DNA of 64,000 nucleotides from Epiperipatus broadwayi (taxonomy: Eukaryota; Animalia; Onychophora), in assembly GCA_028023455.1 (NCBI GenBank), contig JAQFVV010000008.1, positions 12,152,001-12,216,000 on the forward strand, in the 5' to 3' direction. The notes under the pieces were generated by a model. That model ran no database searches. It was not told the origin of the DNA and saw only the letters and a list, made by a program, of their open reading frames with translations. The translations under genes were made by a program, and so were the position numbers. Below are positions 60,024 to 64,000 of this stretch, piece after piece; position 1 is the stretch's first letter, and each line of letters opens with the position of its first letter.

Positions 60024-60095
60024 TGCATTGACCGGGAAGCAAACCCGGGCCAACTGCTTGGAAGGCAGCTATACTAGCCACTAGGCCACCAATGG
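60024..60095 (-). tRNA. tRNA-Gly(TCC)-like sequence, probably a pseudogene
   Basis: 72 nt: CCATTGGTGGCCTAGTGGCTAGTATAGCTGCCTTCCAAGCAGTTGGCCCGGGTTTGCTTCCCGGTCAATGCA; anticodon TCC. C1:C72 mismatch, and the T-loop reads TTTGCTT instead of TTCGATT. Confidence 0.85.
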
Positions 60096-62479
60096 ATTGA
60101 CTGGTATAATGTACTTTTAACTTTTTTTTTTTGATAAATGAGCAGAAAAAAAGAAAGCTAGCCTTGATAGTATAACATAAGAAATGAAAAGTAATTGAAA
60201 ATAATATCAGAAAGTGATCTAATCATTTGTAATTTAATAGCCAATAAACATCAAAATTGTCTAATTAAAAACAGGCTAAAAAGTCTTTAATCAATAACTT
60301 ATCTCATTTATTAATTACAAGGAAGTATGAAAGAAAGAAAAAAATCAAGAGTTAAAATTGAAGTATTATTTCTTCACTGTATATCCTATTGCTTGATATG
60401 AAAGTATTCTAACTTCCCAACTAAAGCTCTGATTTTCATAGAATGAAGGTAAATATTATATTATGGGAGATTAACAAAGACGAGGCTAAAAATGTTAGTT
60501 TAATTTTCTCAAATATAATCTTCAATTGAGTTTATAGCAAAATTAAATTATTTTTTATCATAATTACTATTTAAAATATTTTTTAAATTGTTATAAAGAA
60601 TAAAAGTTTTAAAATTTTAAGATATTAATATTGTATTGAGAAATACAAAAAAAGTATTACAGAGTCTTACGCTAGTTTTTTTAATTCTTAAAAGAATATT
60701 AATCATAAAAAATAAAATATATTTTATATTTATTAATAAAAATTCAATGAAGTACATAAAATCATATCTTTTGTCTTAACAAACAAAATGTAAAAAATTT
60801 CTACAATATTATGCAATGAGTGACTGTAAAACTAGCTCTTATCTTCTGATTATAACTGCCATCTGCATAAAAAAATAAAATTAAAATATAGATTTATTAT
60901 TGTTAAAAATAAACCATTAAATGGGACAAAAGCATAACATAAATAATTAATACAAAATAATATCAGTCCAGTAAAGAATATTTAAAAAAAACAACAACAA
61001 GCAGTGTTACTCTAATCCAAGATTGAAGTTGATGATCTGGATAAGATTAAAAACCACCATTTTTTCTTCTTGTGTTATAAGTTCTTTAATATAACCTCTA
61101 CAAAAATTCTCTATAAAATGGTCTTTTATCTAGAATTTCATCTGATTTTTTGAATCCAAAGTGATAATGTAAGCATAGCAGTTCTACACTTAAATAATTT
61201 GGAGCATGGGCTATAGACTTGAAAATTATATGTGAACTAGAAACAAACACTCAAAGAAGTTAATTTTTAATGCCCCCCCCCCCAATGTGTCTACTTTAAA
61301 GAGAGGGAGACAATTTCTATTAAATTATTAAATTTCAACTTATAAATGTGTTAATTGCTTTGCTAGTAAATTAAATTCATTATGAAATACTCTGATAGTT
61401 TTACAATGAAGTTAATTTACTTGCTATTGCATATGGCCACTACAGAAGAGCAGGCTGATGTTCTATTTTGGACATTATGAAATAACCTTGTTGATTAATG
61501 TACTCAGGCTACTGGTGGAATTCAGGGCAGGTAGAGAAATGCCTTCAGATAAGATTGATTGTAAATAACAATAAACAATGATGACTAAGAGTGCCCTTTA
61601 CTGCCTTGAAGATAAGATGATTCACCAAATACTTCACATTGTTTTGTAATTAGTCTGATTTTTTTTTGTCCATCTCTTAAATTGGTTATAGGGTCTGATA
61701 TTAAAATGATTGTTTTGACATAGTCTGATTAGGTTGTCATGCAGGATATAGTGATAATATTAAAGATGAATATTATAAATATTTTTTTATTATAAATTAA
61801 TATAAATATATTGTGCAAATTTTATTTCATGCCTGACTTTAATTCACATAATAGTACAAACTTTAAATTTTGGCAAATGAAATTATCTTCTAATATTATA
61901 TTTTTGCACACTATTACAGACACTTAACTTAGAAAATCATTGTGAAGAACATGAATGCATCCAGATTATAGTTGGGAAATAGAATATAAGAGAAGTTCAT
62001 ATTACATGAGCATTTTCAATTGCAGGTTGTTGAATAGATAATAGATCACTACAATCTAATGTTAAAGTCATAGTTATATTAATTTTTTTTTTTATTCCAA
62101 TCATATTCATAAAAAAACTTGATTCATTTTTTAGAAGCATCAAGTATTCATGCTAAATTTCAATATCTATTACATATTTAAATTGCTAATTTATAATTTG
62201 TTAGATAGATATACACGTTTTAGGTTCAATAAACAAAAGAGTCTTGATAGGTTCTCTGATAATGATTATATTATTGGTGACTTGGTTAAAATAAAACACG
62301 GCATTTTTTGCTTGTTAGTATAATAAATTGAATGTAAAGTTTAATAATCAATATAAAAATCTAACGGTAGAAGTTCAAAAACTGACAAGGCTTAAAAATA
62401 ATTAGAGGATTAAAGTCTTTCATTGTGTGATCATCTTTAAATTTTTTTTGATATTTTGAAACTAATATATGGATTTGAA

Positions 62480-64000
62480 AAATAAAATAATCCTAATGAA
62501 TCCATTGATAGCCCACTCTTAATAATGGTGATAAATATTTTGAACAAGTAGAGGAATTATTTTGCTTGTCTTTTGAATGATGCTACAAAAATTAAGACAT
62601 TTTCTGTAATCATTAAGATTTGGACTAAAATGTCCAGCTTAATGAAGTTCAAACAATTCTTTGTAATTACATATGAAAAGGCTGCAGGTCTTAATGAGAT
62701 AATTGTAGAAGTTTTAAAATGTGGAGGTTATAAGTTAGCTTCAAAAATATTATAATTTTTTATGAATATCTGGACTTGTGAAATTATGCTGCCTGATCTT
62801 AAGAATGCTTCTATTGTTTCAATTTTTAAAACTAAAGGATATTATTGTTGTTCATTACAACAAAGGTACTTTCAAAGAATTTATTGATTCCATTGTTTCT
62901 ACTTATAGATGACTGGTTAGCAAAGACTCAATATGGCTTTAGAGAATCAAAAAGTTCTGTAAATATGGTTGTTTTTTTTTGGCCAGACAAATACAAAATA
63001 AGTATTCAGGGCAAAAAATAATTTGTATATTGCTTTTATCGATTTGGTCTAGGTATTTGACTCAATTATTTCAAAATATCTCTAGTAGTATTTTAAATTA
63101 GTTGAATTTTCACCAAATTTTATTTGTATTATATAGCTTCTAAATAATAGAATGAAAGGAAATGTTATTACTACAGAGGAAAAATTAGAAATATTCGAAA
63201 TGAAAACTGGTGTTAAATAAGGATACATACAAACTCAACTGTGTTTTTGGATTTTTATGATAATGGTTCTTGGAATTCTTCATAGGCGGCTTGATTAGGG
63301 ATCAAGATGCAATATAGGTTTCAGATAGAATATTTTAAGTTGGAATTTAAAAGCAAAAGATGTCATCATCTTAGATTTTAGATTTACAGTATACTGATGA
63401 TTGTGTTATCCTTGCCAATTTAAAAGATAATCTGTAGAATATTGTTAATGTTTTCTTGCAATATGTAAAAACTTTGGTTTAGTAAAAACACAATGATTGA
63501 CTTCAAGCAACTTTTAATTTGTATAATTATCGACTTTGAGAATGTGAGCCATTTTAAATATCTTGGTAGCTTTTTTAAATAGAAAGGTGAACTTAGGTTT
63601 TGAGATGCAGCAAACTCTAAATATTGCTGCTGCTTTTAACAAGTTGAAAAATTGAGTGTTTTATAATAGTGATATAATTATTACAAATAAATTAGTTGTA
63701 CAGAAAGATGTTATTTTACCTAATTTATTGAGAGTGAAATTTAGTGCAATTAAATTAGTTATATATAAAGCTGTTATTTTACCTAATTTATTGAATGATT
63801 GTGAAAATTGGATTCCTTATCATGAAGCATTAGAAAATTTTCATTTAATGTTGCTCTACAAATTTTTAAAAATATCATGGCAAAGATTATAAGATCAATC
63901 AATATACTCTGAAACTTGCTCAAAGTGATATGATAGAGACCACTATTGTAAAACTGTTCTTATTATATTAGTCATGAAACAAATGAACAATACAAGAGTT
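62480..64000 (+). pseudogene. Decayed RTE (BovB/Expander-like) LINE RT, running off the window end
   Basis: KAAGLNEIIVEVLKCGG, DLKNASIVSIFK, TGVK*G, LQYTDDCVIL, FKYLGS, YKAVILPNLLNDCENW...LYKFLKISWQ; many stops. Confidence 0.82.

Noticed and set aside
802-63892. Most short ORFs in the supplied track (e.g. 802-993, 2159-2365, 10950-11141, 11491-11760, 29811-30023, 58645-58878, 59455-60028)
   Set aside because: They are low-complexity frames in AT-rich or repeat DNA, or antisense shadows of TE ORFs, with no recognisable domains.

Overview
AT-rich eukaryotic DNA, probably from an animal, made almost entirely of nested transposable elements. I recognised no host protein-coding gene and no CRISPR, rRNA or operon structure. 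Conventional elements: (1) two related Ty3/Gypsy (Mag-like) LTR retrotransposons with intact 5-bp TSDs, one old and full-length but decayed (36930-42265) and one young, lacking RT/RNase H, with an in-frame Gag-protease-integrase fusion (42759-46640); (2) two Merlin DNA transposons; (3) a hAT Buster/Charlie remnant and Tc1/mariner-type ends; (4) decayed LINEs (two RTE, two L1/Tx1, one Vingi/Ingi-like); (5) two tRNA-Gly(TCC)-derived copies and several tandem arrays. The main result is three sequence-unrelated families of short non-coding elements, each carrying a minimal type I hammerhead ribozyme with a self-complementary stem III. Monomers are about 443-456 nt (family 1) and about 465 nt (family 2); family 3 is seen only as a fragment. 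Their insertions share an unusual design: two oppositely oriented pieces whose RNA-sense 3' ends both face outward. Five of the seven insertions are bounded by 13-17 bp TSDs. The two ends map to two points 40-50 nt apart downstream of the ribozyme, and in family 1 these points recur in all four insertions. This fits retrozyme/Penelope-associated biology plus a stereotyped double internal-priming insertion mechanism; the mechanism is inference. All alignments and folds were done by eye, and no database search or folding program was run.
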